Below the pieces are notes generated by a model. It did no database searches and was not told the DNA's origin. It saw only the letters and a program-made list of their open reading frames with translations. Position numbers and translations under genes: made by a program. Shown in pieces: positions 16,011-24,975 of a stretch of 64,000 bases of DNA (the first letter of the stretch is position 1; each line of letters opens with the position of its first letter). Source of the stretch: a phage. The stretch lies in the sequence record PZ166176.1; one strand, given 5' to 3'.

Positions 16011-16474
16011 GCGAAAAACCAGTGAGAGCTTCCACAATATTGGAAGCATACCTGCAATGCGTTGTAGATTACGTCAAGAGAAACTCCAGCCTACTGGACG
16101 TCTACCGTGCAGATGATGGCGATGTTGGTATTGTCTATGTGAAACACACTTTATCCGCGCGTAATGAGGTTTTCCGTGCAAGTATGTTAGGGTGTGATCG
16201 TGTTCGTGTGAACTATTTGGACCCGAATTATCGCCATGCTCTTGAAGATATTGAAGATTATCTTCCTCGCTGCCCGACAGGTAATGCAAAAGTGGCAGAA
16301 GAAGCCCCACAAGGTGTTGATTATCGTGTAGCCTTGTGGAAAAAGGCACGTCAACTACAAGTGCTGAATGAAATGAAAGAAGAGATTGAAAAAGAACTGA
16401 AAGAAGATTTTGGTATGCTTCCAAAAGACGCTTTGAAATGGTATGATGAACTAGGAGGAGAAAGTTATGAATAA
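16007..16474 (+). CDS. hypothetical early protein (155 aa)
   Basis: Start overlaps the upstream stop. Confidence 0.65.
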   Translation: MSEKPVRASTILEAYLQCVVDYVKRNSSLLDVYRADDGDVGIVYVKHTLSARNEVFRASMLGCDRVRVNYLDPNYRHALEDIEDYLPRCPTGNAKVAEEAPQGVDYRVALWKKARQLQVLNEMKEEIEKELKEDFGMLPKDALKWYDELGGESYE

Positions 16475-16661
16475 AGGAACTACTGTATATTTAGTAACAA
16501 AGAATACCCCAGGCTGGAGCCAATGCAGCACTGTCCCTTACAAGATCTGTGCAACATTAGAACTAGCACAACGTGCAGAAGCAGAAGTGGATGCCATGCA
16601 ATACAGCTATGGTGAGATCATTCCTTTTACTCTTGAACAAGAAGGAGCACATCATGTTTAA
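16467..16661 (+). CDS. hypothetical early protein (64 aa)
   Basis: Overlap-coupled ORF. Confidence 0.55.
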   Translation: MNKGTTVYLVTKNTPGWSQCSTVPYKICATLELAQRAEAEVDAMQYSYGEIIPFTLEQEGAHHV

Positions 16662-17109
16662 AGTAGGGTTTACTTATAAATTCAAAAGCGTTGCTGACCA
16701 AGGAGATATGGCAACACATGACAAAGCAAATATTGCTGTTTGCCAAGCGATTGGAAACGAAGTTTTCAAAGTTATGAATACAGATGATAAGTATGGTCAT
16801 GTTCTTGAGTTTTATATCAATGGTACCCTCTATACAGCAGGTGTTACCCCAGGGTTTAATTCGTATACTTATTTGATTGATAACGAAGAATTTAAATATT
16901 TTGAAGAAGTAAAGGAGGAAACAATGGGTAAAGCAGAACCACAATGGCATGTTGTGATTGTAGGATCAGAGTGTGTAGATGTTTGTTCTAGTTTTGAAAA
17001 AGCTTCTGAAGTCGCTACAAAAGCTAAGAAGGATTATCCGTCGAAGACGGTTGAGATTTACGCTCGTGTTGCAGTAGCAAACGCCACAATCACTATTGAT
17101 AAGGAGTAA
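16654..17109 (+). CDS. tandem MFK-family protein 1 (151 aa)
   Basis: ATG 16654 with SD gaaggag; N-terminus MFKVGFTYKF shared with the two downstream genes. Confidence 0.65.
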   Translation: MFKVGFTYKFKSVADQGDMATHDKANIAVCQAIGNEVFKVMNTDDKYGHVLEFYINGTLYTAGVTPGFNSYTYLIDNEEFKYFEEVKEETMGKAEPQWHVVIVGSECVDVCSSFEKASEVATKAKKDYPSKTVEIYARVAVANATITIDKE

Positions 17110-17114
17110 AGCCA

Positions 17115-17570
17115 ATGTTCAAAGAAGGTCATGTCTACCGTTTCCAGGACGAAGATTATATGCGATTATATTCTACCTTTGATAACAGTATGGCTGCTAT
17201 CATTGGAGAGAATTTTTTCGAAGTGTTGAGCACTGATGCAAATGGTAATATCTTGTCAATTGTTGTGATAGGGAGAGACGGTGTTATCACTGCTAGTGAT
17301 GGGGATCGTTACATAATCAATTCTGCTCATATAGATTATTTTGTTGACGGTGGTATTCGTGGTGGTCGTGGAAAACCCCAAGAAGAACCTGTTGATACAA
17401 CAAAAGAAGAGTGGTATGTTGTAATGACTGATGACACCTGTATTTCTGGATTTGAAAGTTATGAAGAAGCTTTGAAAGAAGCAGCAGAGCATAAAATGGC
17501 TAATCCTACAGAAGAGGTTGAAGTTTATAAACGTTTGGTTGTTGCTACCATCGGCGTATCTTTTGTTTAA
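17115..17570 (+). CDS. tandem MFK-family protein 2 (151 aa)
   Basis: MFKEGHVYRF...; C-terminal W(H/Y)VV...V(E)VY block similar to gene 1. Confidence 0.65.
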   Translation: MFKEGHVYRFQDEDYMRLYSTFDNSMAAIIGENFFEVLSTDANGNILSIVVIGRDGVITASDGDRYIINSAHIDYFVDGGIRGGRGKPQEEPVDTTKEEWYVVMTDDTCISGFESYEEALKEAAEHKMANPTEEVEVYKRLVVATIGVSFV

Positions 17571-17581
17571 AAGGAGCTATT

Positions 17582-18019
17582 ATGTTCAAAGTTAATGCTG
17601 TTTACTGTTTCAAAAGTAAAGCTGCATGTGAAGCTTTCTCTATGATCTCTGATGAAAATTTCAAAATGGCAGCTTTGATTGAAGGGTCTTGTTTCCGCGT
17701 CGAAGATGTTAGTGAATCAGGGTCTGTTTGCTCATTGACTTTATTGGACAGCGGGGATATTATTGAAGCTGGACAGTATCCGTTCAGGAGTTGGGAGATA
17801 TTGTTAGCTCGCGGAGAGCGTAACTTTTTTATGTGCGTGTCTGCGGGGGAAGTTGTGAAAGAAACTAAGGATGTTTCTGTTTACAATTCTGAATTTATAA
17901 GTTATAGTGAGTATCAACATTTGGAAGGCATTGTTGGTCACTTGTTATCTCTGATTGACATTGAATGTGACCTGCCTGAATCATTGAAAGAAGAGTTGAA
18001 AGCATTAGATCTGTTATAA
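17582..18019 (+). CDS. tandem MFK-family protein 3 (145 aa)
   Basis: MFKVNAVYCF...; SD aaaggag. Confidence 0.65.
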   Translation: MFKVNAVYCFKSKAACEAFSMISDENFKMAALIEGSCFRVEDVSESGSVCSLTLLDSGDIIEAGQYPFRSWEILLARGERNFFMCVSAGEVVKETKDVSVYNSEFISYSEYQHLEGIVGHLLSLIDIECDLPESLKEELKALDLL

Positions 18020-18046
18020 TGTTTCGCACAACGAAAGGAGAATAAG

Positions 18047-18346
18047 ATGAATCTGACTGAACAGTTACGCCGTATTGCAAAAGAAGCTTCCTTCAACTTC
18101 CCTGTTGAAGAAGTGATCGAGACTTGTTTTGCTGAAGCACGAGCGGGAAACTCTTCAAGGAATTTCACGCCATCCGATTTTGGTTTGGATAATTCTCCTA
18201 CTCACCCAGGGGAAATCTACAATCAGGTGAAATGGATGGATGAAGCAGTAGCAATTCTTCGTGAGCGTGGGCTTATTGTTTATAAAGAAATGGATCTGAA
18301 CGGGGCATACGAGTGGATCACTATTGATTGGTCCGAGGTGAAATGA
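18047..18346 (+). CDS. hypothetical early protein (99 aa)
   Basis: SD aaaggagaat. Confidence 0.65.
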   Translation: MNLTEQLRRIAKEASFNFPVEEVIETCFAEARAGNSSRNFTPSDFGLDNSPTHPGEIYNQVKWMDEAVAILRERGLIVYKEMDLNGAYEWITIDWSEVK

Positions 18347-18579
18347 TGAAAGGTAACAAGATGAAAGTTAATCAAGTGCCGAGCGCATACACTTTATGGC
18401 TTGCGCGAGCGTTACACCAGACGATCAAAGACCCTAAGAAGCCAATGAAGAGTGGGAAGAAGTTTATGTCTAAGGGCAAAACAACCTTTGGCTTCACTCG
18501 TATGTCTGTCAAGATGAAAAGGCTGGGGTACAAGCCAAACTACGCTCGTTACCCTTCTGAATACAACTGGTTTGACTAA
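18343..18579 (+). CDS. hypothetical basic protein (78 aa)
   Basis: ATG 18343 with SD gaggtgaa; Lys-rich. Confidence 0.55.
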   Translation: MMKGNKMKVNQVPSAYTLWLARALHQTIKDPKKPMKSGKKFMSKGKTTFGFTRMSVKMKRLGYKPNYARYPSEYNWFD

Positions 18580-18592
18580 AAGGAGAAAGATT

Positions 18593-18769
18593 ATGGCTAC
18601 TTTTCAACAATTGAAAGATGTTTCACGTTTAGTAAGAAAAATCCGAGAAGCAGACGCTGCTGTGCGGAATGCATTAACGCCAGCAGAGCGTGAAGATCTT
18701 GAAGAGGAGGTGAAAACAGCCGAGAATGCTTTTGCTGTGTATCTTTCAACACTGTACACAGGAGGTTAA
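18593..18769 (+). CDS. hypothetical early protein (58 aa)
   Basis: ATG 18593 with SD aaaggagaaag. Confidence 0.55.
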   Translation: MATFQQLKDVSRLVRKIREADAAVRNALTPAEREDLEEEVKTAENAFAVYLSTLYTGG

Positions 18770-19084
18770 ATGTCAGAAGAACTTAAAGAGTTTTATCAGG
18801 CATATCATAACTGGCTGTTAGCTGGTGCTCCAGATAATAATCCTTTCTGGCATGATAAAGGATTATGTAGTTGCCTCTACCTTTGGACTGGTGGTTACGA
18901 TGATCTAAATTATGAAATGCAAATGCAATTTCGAGAAGCAGGGTTGTCTGAAGAATACCCGTTTGATGACGGAGACTGGTTTAAATATGATTTTGCACAA
19001 AGAAACGGGCTATTGCATTTGAATGCTGCCCGTATAAAATGGGTAAAAGATCATGCTACACAGGAGGATGTGCAATGCCAATAG
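18770..19084 (+). CDS. member B of the five-copy paralogous early family
   Basis: FYQAYHNWLLAGAP...GLCSCL...YPFD...RIKWVKD. Confidence 0.7.
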   Translation: MSEELKEFYQAYHNWLLAGAPDNNPFWHDKGLCSCLYLWTGGYDDLNYEMQMQFREAGLSEEYPFDDGDWFKYDFAQRNGLLHLNAARIKWVKDHATQEDVQCQ

Positions 19085-19275
19085 TGTTTAGTTTCTTGAT
19101 AATTGTTATGGTTGTTCTTTTCGCGGCATGGCTTTGGGATTTTGACCCAGGAGCAGCGCAGCAAAGAGCTACAGACTGGAAAGAACAATGTATTGTGCTC
19201 AAACATGAACGAAATGCGGAGAAATTTCTTGACCTAGAGTGTGATCGCCTTGTAAGATACAAGCAAGATAAATAA
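19075..19275 (+). CDS. small membrane-anchored protein (66 aa)
   Basis: ATG 19075 with SD caggagg; N-terminal transmembrane helix PIVFSFLIIVMVVLFAAWLW. Confidence 0.55.
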   Translation: MPIVFSFLIIVMVVLFAAWLWDFDPGAAQQRATDWKEQCIVLKHERNAEKFLDLECDRLVRYKQDK

Positions 19276-19289
19276 CCTTGAGGTGCAAA

Positions 19290-19478
19290 ATGGTAATAGA
19301 GATTAAACTTGAATATGCTGGGGCTGTTGCCCTGATCGCACAAACGCTTGGAGCAAAGATTGAAGAAGTGTATATCAATGCCTGGAGCGTAGAGATTGAT
19401 GTTCCTATGGACAACATCGCTAATCGCTTGCTGGTGGCAGAGTGTGAACGCACCAACATAATCTACAAAGGAGCATAA
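19290..19478 (+). CDS. hypothetical early protein (62 aa)
   Basis: ATG 19290 with SD gaggtgcaaa. Confidence 0.55.
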   Translation: MVIEIKLEYAGAVALIAQTLGAKIEEVYINAWSVEIDVPMDNIANRLLVAECERTNIIYKGA

Positions 19479-19479
19479 T

Positions 19480-19701
19480 ATGAAAATTAGAGTTTGCGAT
19501 GTATTGGGTTATGTTGGTTTTGAGAATGTTCAGATTCCTTTTGTTGTTGAAGCACATCTTGTTAGTGATGATATGACAACATTCTTTGTTACGATAGAAG
19601 AAATGTCCAAAGTTGAGGGATGGGAGTGGTTTGAAGAAGATGTTTGGGAAGGTTGTGATTACGTATTTTTCTCTGATGAAGTGAATGTTCTTTCGGAGTA
19701 G
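19480..19701 (+). CDS. small paralog family 2, member 3 (73 aa)
   Basis: MKIRVCDVLGYVGF...VEGWEWFEEDVWEGCDYVFFSDEV. Confidence 0.65.
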   Translation: MKIRVCDVLGYVGFENVQIPFVVEAHLVSDDMTTFFVTIEEMSKVEGWEWFEEDVWEGCDYVFFSDEVNVLSE

Positions 19702-19703
19702 GT

Positions 19704-19910
19704 ATGTCTTGTTTTACAAAAGCAGTGTCCATATGTAAGAAACAGTATGAAAGTGATTACGGAATATTTAATATTCCAGCAGATCATACGGAGTATTGTT
19801 CATGTGGTGGCAGGATGAAGAAAACAGTGATTTATGCGGATAGTGGAGACGAACTTGTTCCGGTTATGGTTTGCAAAGCTTGTCATTCTGTTAAAACATT
19901 AAAAGCGTAA
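19704..19910 (+). CDS. small Cys-rich protein, possible zinc ribbon (68 aa)
   Basis: C..C at the N-terminus, CSCGG and CKAC pairs. Confidence 0.55.
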   Translation: MSCFTKAVSICKKQYESDYGIFNIPADHTEYCSCGGRMKKTVIYADSGDELVPVMVCKACHSVKTLKA

Positions 19911-20005
19911 GGAGTCGGGACACCCGACGATTGGAGCTAAAAATTTTGCGTACAACCCTTTCCGCCCAACAGGGGCGCGTCGGGTAAATAAAGAGGAGAG
20001 TTTAT

Positions 20006-20404
20006 ATGAAAAAGATCATCGTAGGTTTCTTGTTACTCATTGCATCACTTGGAACAGCAAATGCGTCTCAAGTTTATGAGTGTGTGTCAGATGTGGTTGT
20101 TAAAAATCTGAAAGGTGAAGTGATTTCTGGTCCTAAGAAAATGGCTTCTGTTGTCATTAATAAAGATAACTCCTTTATCCTTAAAAATTCAGGTGGTGCT
20201 TTGATGAGTGGCATTCTGCAATACACAGGAGAAAAAAGTAAAGATGGTAGTGCTATGTACGGTTCACAACAGTTTATTGGCACTACTGAAGTAGTAATGA
20301 TGCGCACAGAGTATCGAGACACTTTGGCTTGGTTTGCATTTCTAAAAAATGATAAAACAATAACAAATGTTCTTACTCTAGAAGCTGATTGTACGCAACG
20401 ATAA
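20006..20404 (+). CDS. secreted or periplasmic protein with signal peptide (132 aa)
   Basis: MKKIIVGFLLLIASLGTANA signal-peptide-like; SD agaggagag. Confidence 0.65.
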   Translation: MKKIIVGFLLLIASLGTANASQVYECVSDVVVKNLKGEVISGPKKMASVVINKDNSFILKNSGGALMSGILQYTGEKSKDGSAMYGSQQFIGTTEVVMMRTEYRDTLAWFAFLKNDKTITNVLTLEADCTQR

Positions 20405-20414
20405 GGGGGTATTT

Positions 20415-20870
20415 GTGACTAAAGTGCGACATTATGCTGTAAACTGCAACGATGCTTGGCGTTTGTGTCCTGATGATCCGACAGAAGGCACGTTTGTAAG
20501 ATATGAGGATTATAAAGAGTTATCGGATGCTGTGATCGCATTGTTAACTGATATCCGTTCACGTTATCCAGGACAAGATTTCACTTGCCCTCACATCAAA
20601 CTTCTTGCCCTTCTGGTAGAAGGGGAGGAACAAGTAGAAGATGGATTCAAGCGTGTAGAGTATCAAGGTGAAACTTTAGAGGTTCCTGAATTTGTTAATT
20701 ATATTGCAACAGATTCGAATGGCGAGCGTTATGGTTACAGTCATAAACCGGAGATTCCAGATTTCGCTTATGCGTGGCGTATTCCTTATCAAGTTTTTAA
20801 TGCTGCGGATTACTGGTATTTAGGAGAAGGAGATAGCCGTAATTGGCGTGACTCCTTGGCTCAGGTTTAA
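20415..20870 (+). CDS. hypothetical early protein (151 aa)
   Basis: GTG start after SD aagggggt. Confidence 0.6.
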   Translation: MTKVRHYAVNCNDAWRLCPDDPTEGTFVRYEDYKELSDAVIALLTDIRSRYPGQDFTCPHIKLLALLVEGEEQVEDGFKRVEYQGETLEVPEFVNYIATDSNGERYGYSHKPEIPDFAYAWRIPYQVFNAADYWYLGEGDSRNWRDSLAQV

Positions 20871-20874
20871 TACT

Positions 20875-21138
20875 ATGAAAGAGACATTGCCAGCAGCATA
20901 CCGTTTGAATGATGAACGTATTTGGGAGTGGACCGACGTTTCTTGTTTTTACCCTGAAATAGTTCAATATTGGCGAGCGAAAGGGTGTGTTGTAGTTATC
21001 AACCCTTGTGGACCAGTAGATGAAGATTGTTTGTATCTCAATGGAAAGTGGCACAGTTATTGTCGCTGGCCTTTTGAGTGGATGTGTAAAGAAGATCTCC
21101 CAGAAGGTTGGGAGTATCCAAAAGCAAATAGGAGATAA
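20875..21138 (+). CDS. hypothetical Cys/Trp-rich protein (87 aa)
   Basis: ORF; start uncertain (ATG 20875 or GTG 20848). Confidence 0.5.
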   Translation: MKETLPAAYRLNDERIWEWTDVSCFYPEIVQYWRAKGCVVVINPCGPVDEDCLYLNGKWHSYCRWPFEWMCKEDLPEGWEYPKANRR

Positions 21139-21139
21139 T

Positions 21140-21502
21140 ATGTCTAAAGATTTTGTTGAAGTGTTTGTCAAAGACGAAGAAACTGGTTTAGGCACAGGTT
21201 TCATTTGCGAAGAAACCTTTAAGCGTGAACAAGAAAAAGCTATTCTTATGCACCGCTATGATCACGCATTAGAACAATGGAAAAATGCAGAACAAAAATG
21301 CAAAAACCTTTACGCAGAAAATAGAAAACTACAAGATCAAATGGAGTTGTTAGCTATCAGTTTACGATCTCTCATTTTGGCTGTAGAAGATGGTTTTAAA
21401 AATCCAGATGGTTTTCCTGTGAGCGATATTGAGCATGATTTGTATCTTGCTCGTGGTGCTTACTTTTATGTTAAACAGAAGCCTGTAGAAGGAGAGAAAT
21501 GA
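21140..21502 (+). CDS. hypothetical early protein (120 aa)
   Basis: ATG 21140 with SD aataggag; possible coiled-coil. Confidence 0.6.
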   Translation: MSKDFVEVFVKDEETGLGTGFICEETFKREQEKAILMHRYDHALEQWKNAEQKCKNLYAENRKLQDQMELLAISLRSLILAVEDGFKNPDGFPVSDIEHDLYLARGAYFYVKQKPVEGEK

Positions 21503-21678
21503 TGGAAGAAAAACTGGAACGTATTATCGAGTTAGCCATGTCTATTGGCTACGACGATTGTTTTCTCCAAACTATTGGAGAAACACAGGACGATTACGAC
21601 TCTTGGGTGAAAGAGTTGGAAGAACTCAAAACTTCCTTGATTGCTGACTTTGCTGAAGCAGAGGAGGATGAATAATGT
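21502..21678 (+). CDS. 58-aa acidic small protein
   Basis: MMEEKLERIIELAMSIGYDD...; ATGA overlaps at both ends; below the track cut-off. Confidence 0.5.
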
Positions 21679-21902
21679 CGGATTATAACTGGTATGAACT
21701 TGAAGCTGTTTGTCAGTTTTATGATTCAATAGTTCTACGTGATCCAATCTGTCAAGAATTGAGTCGCCGTGCAAGTGCATTGGCAATCAATGTTAAAGTG
21801 CACGATTGGAACGCAGATCTGGAAAAAGAATTGGAATTCCTTTTGGAAACAACCCGTGTCTTCCATAAAGTGTTCCCTGAATGGTTTGAGATGGAGGAAT
21901 AA
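21675..21902 (+). CDS. hypothetical early protein (75 aa)
   Basis: Overlap-coupled ORF. Confidence 0.6.
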   Translation: MSDYNWYELEAVCQFYDSIVLRDPICQELSRRASALAINVKVHDWNADLEKELEFLLETTRVFHKVFPEWFEMEE

Positions 21903-21904
21903 GC

Positions 21905-22117
21905 ATGTGGATTGTCCGTCTTAAGTATGATGGCAAGTTTCCGTGGGAGAAAGATGTTTGTGCCTGTGATTCAGCAGCACATGCCAAAGCAGCGGGTCAG
22001 GCAGTAGTTGACATGTATAACAACACTTCCGTTGATCCAGAAATGGCAGGTGTTACAATGAGCATGTTCACTTACTATTCTTTTGAGGTTTACTATCATG
22101 AAGGAGAGTGGAAATGA
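21905..22117 (+). CDS. hypothetical early protein (70 aa)
   Basis: SD ggaggaataag. Confidence 0.6.
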   Translation: MWIVRLKYDGKFPWEKDVCACDSAAHAKAAGQAVVDMYNNTSVDPEMAGVTMSMFTYYSFEVYYHEGEWK

Positions 22118-22434
22118 GCGAAGAACTATTAACATTTTACCGCACGTATTTGGCATGGTTGGAAGCTGGTGCTCCTGAAGGTGAACCGTTCACCCGTCGC
22201 ACAGGCTTGTGCTCAAACCTCTATGATTTTTACGACATGGGAGAAAGCGAACGATACGAACATGTACTGGATGAAATGCATGAGCAGTTCTACCTCAAAG
22301 ATTTGGTTATGGTGTTGCCTTTCAACAGTAATTTTGGAAAGTACACCTTAGAAGCGGAAAAAAGCCGTTGTCATTTGAATGTGGATCGTGTGAACTGGGT
22401 AAAAGAACGTGTAGCAGAAGAAATAATTGGTTGA
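22108..22434 (+). CDS. member C of the five-copy paralogous early family
   Basis: FYRTYLAWLEAGAP...GLCSNL...LPFN...RVNWVKE. Confidence 0.7.
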   Translation: MEMSEELLTFYRTYLAWLEAGAPEGEPFTRRTGLCSNLYDFYDMGESERYEHVLDEMHEQFYLKDLVMVLPFNSNFGKYTLEAEKSRCHLNVDRVNWVKERVAEEIIG

Positions 22435-22461
22435 CAGAAGGATCTGTCTTTGTCATAATCA
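22431..22461 (+). promoter_or_regulatory. internal sigma70-like promoter (TTGACAGAAG...)
   Basis: ttgacagaaggatctgtctttgtcataat. Confidence 0.45.
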
Positions 22462-22488
22462 TCTCATCGAAACAGAGAGGAGAAAATC

Positions 22489-22902
22489 ATGAAAAAGTTT
22501 ATTTGCACCCGTTCCACTAACAGTGATATCCTTGTAGGTAAGGTTATCAAAGGAGAACTCTTCCATGCAAACGGTAAGAAATATATTCTGCTGAAAGATT
22601 CTTTCAACGGGGAATATCCGCGCTGCACTTTCTTCAATTACAACACTCCATTTGCTTTAGAAGGAGATGCTTGGGAATGGGCTGAACTCAATCCTTGTTG
22701 TGAGGAAGAAGAATCTATGTTCTTAGGTTTAAACGTTTACCGTGTAGATTACACCATGTGCGGAGCGGAACATTCTGTTCGCGTAGAAGCCGAATCCAAA
22801 CTACAAGCACCTTTCAAGGCAGGATTGACTTTGGGTCATTGTTTGGCAAACATTGAAGATGTTGTGATCCAAAGGGTTGTTTTAGAGAAAGAGGCTATTT
22901 GA
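22489..22902 (+). CDS. hypothetical early protein (137 aa)
   Basis: SD agagaggag. Confidence 0.65.
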   Translation: MKKFICTRSTNSDILVGKVIKGELFHANGKKYILLKDSFNGEYPRCTFFNYNTPFALEGDAWEWAELNPCCEEEESMFLGLNVYRVDYTMCGAEHSVRVEAESKLQAPFKAGLTLGHCLANIEDVVIQRVVLEKEAI

Positions 22903-22931
22903 CAGAAGACGGCACAATATTTAAAATATAA
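22902..22931 (+). promoter_or_regulatory. internal sigma70-like promoter (TTGACAGAAG-N-TAAAAT)
   Basis: ttgacagaagacggcacaatatttaaaat; shares TTGACAGAAG with the 22431 promoter. Confidence 0.45.
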
Positions 22932-22955
22932 AGATTAACCACAAAGGAGATAGAT

Positions 22956-23255
22956 ATGCAAGTTGAAGACCTAATCAAAATTTTGAATCAAGCCAAAGAG
23001 AAAGGGGCTATTAAGGATTGGAAACGTGAAACAAGTGAAGACTTATCTCACTGTTGCCGAGAGTTTTACATCGAAGGTATTGCTGACGATCATTATACTA
23101 TTGAATGGTATATTAACTTAATGACTCTTAAACACGGTTCATTTGAGGTTTGGTTTGATGACATTGATGTAAATGGTTTTCATCCTGGCTATAAAATCGC
23201 TATGCAGTTATCTTATCGTAGAGAAGTTGTAGCACATTTGGGTTTACATAACTAA
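22956..23255 (+). CDS. hypothetical early protein (99 aa)
   Basis: SD acaaaggag. Confidence 0.65.
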   Translation: MQVEDLIKILNQAKEKGAIKDWKRETSEDLSHCCREFYIEGIADDHYTIEWYINLMTLKHGSFEVWFDDIDVNGFHPGYKIAMQLSYRREVVAHLGLHN

Positions 23256-23265
23256 GGAGAAAAGA

Positions 23266-23589
23266 ATGCAAGCAGTTGTTAACGAAGCTATTATGAACTT
23301 ATCCTTCTTGTTAGCTGGTTTAGGAGGTGTCCTCATAGGTTTGGCTCTTATCTGGTGTATTCGTCGATTAATCGGGTACCGACAAAAAGGTGTTTCATGT
23401 TTTGTATCTTACAATTTTACAACTGCTTACAGCAATGAGGTGGGGTCTGGTAACGCTCAAGCATTTTTACCAACATATCCTCCTACAGTGGAAGATATTC
23501 GAAACTTGGAAGTAGAACTTATGGAACTAAGTGATAATTATACATCTCTCGTTATTCAAAATATTTTTCGACTAAAACAGGAGTCGTGA
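23266..23589 (+). CDS. membrane protein (107 aa)
   Basis: Hydrophobic helix LSFLLAGLGGVLIGLALIWCI. Confidence 0.6.
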   Translation: MQAVVNEAIMNLSFLLAGLGGVLIGLALIWCIRRLIGYRQKGVSCFVSYNFTTAYSNEVGSGNAQAFLPTYPPTVEDIRNLEVELMELSDNYTSLVIQNIFRLKQES

Positions 23590-23802
23590 ATGAAGGCACA
23601 TTACCCTCATCCCTTTGATCCTAAAAACAAAGCCGTAATTCTTCGTCAGTGGCAACGGGTTTGTCGTACTAAATGTCCAATCAATAGCCCACACAATGTA
23701 AACAAGGACTATCTTGGGACATTTGTTGAATACACTTACATAGACAAAAACAAGCGTAAACAACATGTCGAGGAATACTGCTTAAGAGTAGAATGGCTGT
23801 AA
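23590..23802 (+). CDS. hypothetical early protein (70 aa)
   Basis: Overlap-coupled ORF. Confidence 0.6.
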   Translation: MKAHYPHPFDPKNKAVILRQWQRVCRTKCPINSPHNVNKDYLGTFVEYTYIDKNKRKQHVEEYCLRVEWL

Positions 23803-23814
23803 ATAATAAATACC

Positions 23815-23845
23815 TTGACAAGTGTTTATTCGTTTTGTAAAGTGA
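23815..23845 (+). promoter_or_regulatory. sigma70-like promoter upstream of the recombinase gene
   Basis: ttgacaagtgtttattcgttttgtaaagt. Confidence 0.45.
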
Positions 23846-23872
23846 GAATACAGCAATAGTTTAGGAGTGGTT

Positions 23873-24544
23873 ATGAAAAAGTTTGTTGTTTACAGTCGTC
23901 TTTCTAAACAGAAAAAAGGTGAGGCACAATATGGTATGGAGAGCCAAGAGAACGATATTCGTTACTTCTTAGACTCTGTGCCTGATGCTGAAGTTATTGG
24001 TCAATTTTCTGAATACTATTCGGGTAAGGGCGATTGGAAGCAACGTAAGGAACTGGTCAAAGCGGTTGAAATGTGTAAAGCTACCGGAGCAACTTTATTG
24101 GTAGCTAAAGTTGACCGCTTGGGTCGTAACAACGCCTCCGTAGCAACTCTTCTAGAAATGATCGATGTTAAGATAGCCATTATGCCAGACGCAGATAAAA
24201 TGGTTATACAGCTTCTGTCTGTTCTGGCTGAACAAGAAGTTAGAGGTATTGCTGATCGTATTAAAAAGGGTCTTGCTGTAGCAAAAAGCAAAGGTGTTTT
24301 ATTAGGTAGTGCTAATCCTAAAACTGCCGCTGCACGTAGAAAAGGAAAAATGGAATACAACTCTGTTAAAGCAGACGCTTTTGCAGAGACATTCCGTGAA
24401 CGTTTGGAGATCCTTAGAGATTTAAATACACCTTACAAAACTATTGCTGAAAAATTCAATAGTAAGAAAATAGCAACAGCACGTGGTGGTAAATGGGATG
24501 CTAAAACTGTTTCTCGTTTGTGTGCCAGACTTAACATTAAATAG
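23873..24544 (+). CDS. serine recombinase (resolvase/invertase catalytic domain)
   Basis: VYSRLSKQ (catalytic Ser region), LLVAKVDRLGRN, LLSVLAEQEVRGIADRIKKGLAVAKSKG resemble the Gin/Hin/TnpR catalytic domain; C-terminal GGKWDAKTVSRL resembles the recombinase domain of large serine recombinases. Confidence 0.75.
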   Translation: MKKFVVYSRLSKQKKGEAQYGMESQENDIRYFLDSVPDAEVIGQFSEYYSGKGDWKQRKELVKAVEMCKATGATLLVAKVDRLGRNNASVATLLEMIDVKIAIMPDADKMVIQLLSVLAEQEVRGIADRIKKGLAVAKSKGVLLGSANPKTAAARRKGKMEYNSVKADAFAETFRERLEILRDLNTPYKTIAEKFNSKKIATARGGKWDAKTVSRLCARLNIK

Positions 24545-24552
24545 GAGAGGAT

Positions 24553-24975
24553 ATGAAACAAGAAAATGAATCTGTAGATCACTTAATCATGCTGTCAGCC
24601 CTTTTTGCAGGATGGGACGTATTTTTTGAAAATTTGTTCAATTCTGCTACAGATGGTTCCGATTTTATGCGCCAATTTAAACAACGAACTGTTGAGGACT
24701 ATACCTTCTATTCAGGTCTGATTGAAAAAGGTTACGAAGATACAAATACAACACTCACCATTAAAGTTTTAGATGTGATGTTTAGTGTTATAGATGCTAT
24801 CGACGAAAGTCTTCCGATCCTAGACAATTGTAATACGAAAGTTTATGTTTACAAAATAGCTCGTGCTTATGTGTCTGCAAACAGTTGTCTTCTTTCCACC
24901 CAGATTGCCGTGAACAATCTTGCCAACTTGTTTGATGAAGGAGAAACTTTTTATGACAATCGATTTGAAGTGTAA
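24553..24975 (+). CDS. hypothetical early protein (140 aa)
   Basis: SD ataggagagg. Confidence 0.65.
   Translation: MKQENESVDHLIMLSALFAGWDVFFENLFNSATDGSDFMRQFKQRTVEDYTFYSGLIEKGYEDTNTTLTIKVLDVMFSVIDAIDESLPILDNCNTKVYVYKIARAYVSANSCLLSTQIAVNNLANLFDEGETFYDNRFEV

Noticed and set aside
23873-24544. Taking the serine recombinase as evidence of a temperate lifestyle
   Set aside because: No repressor, attachment-site repeats or other lysogeny genes are visible, and the surrounding content is typical of a virulent phage. The gene is reported as a curiosity only.
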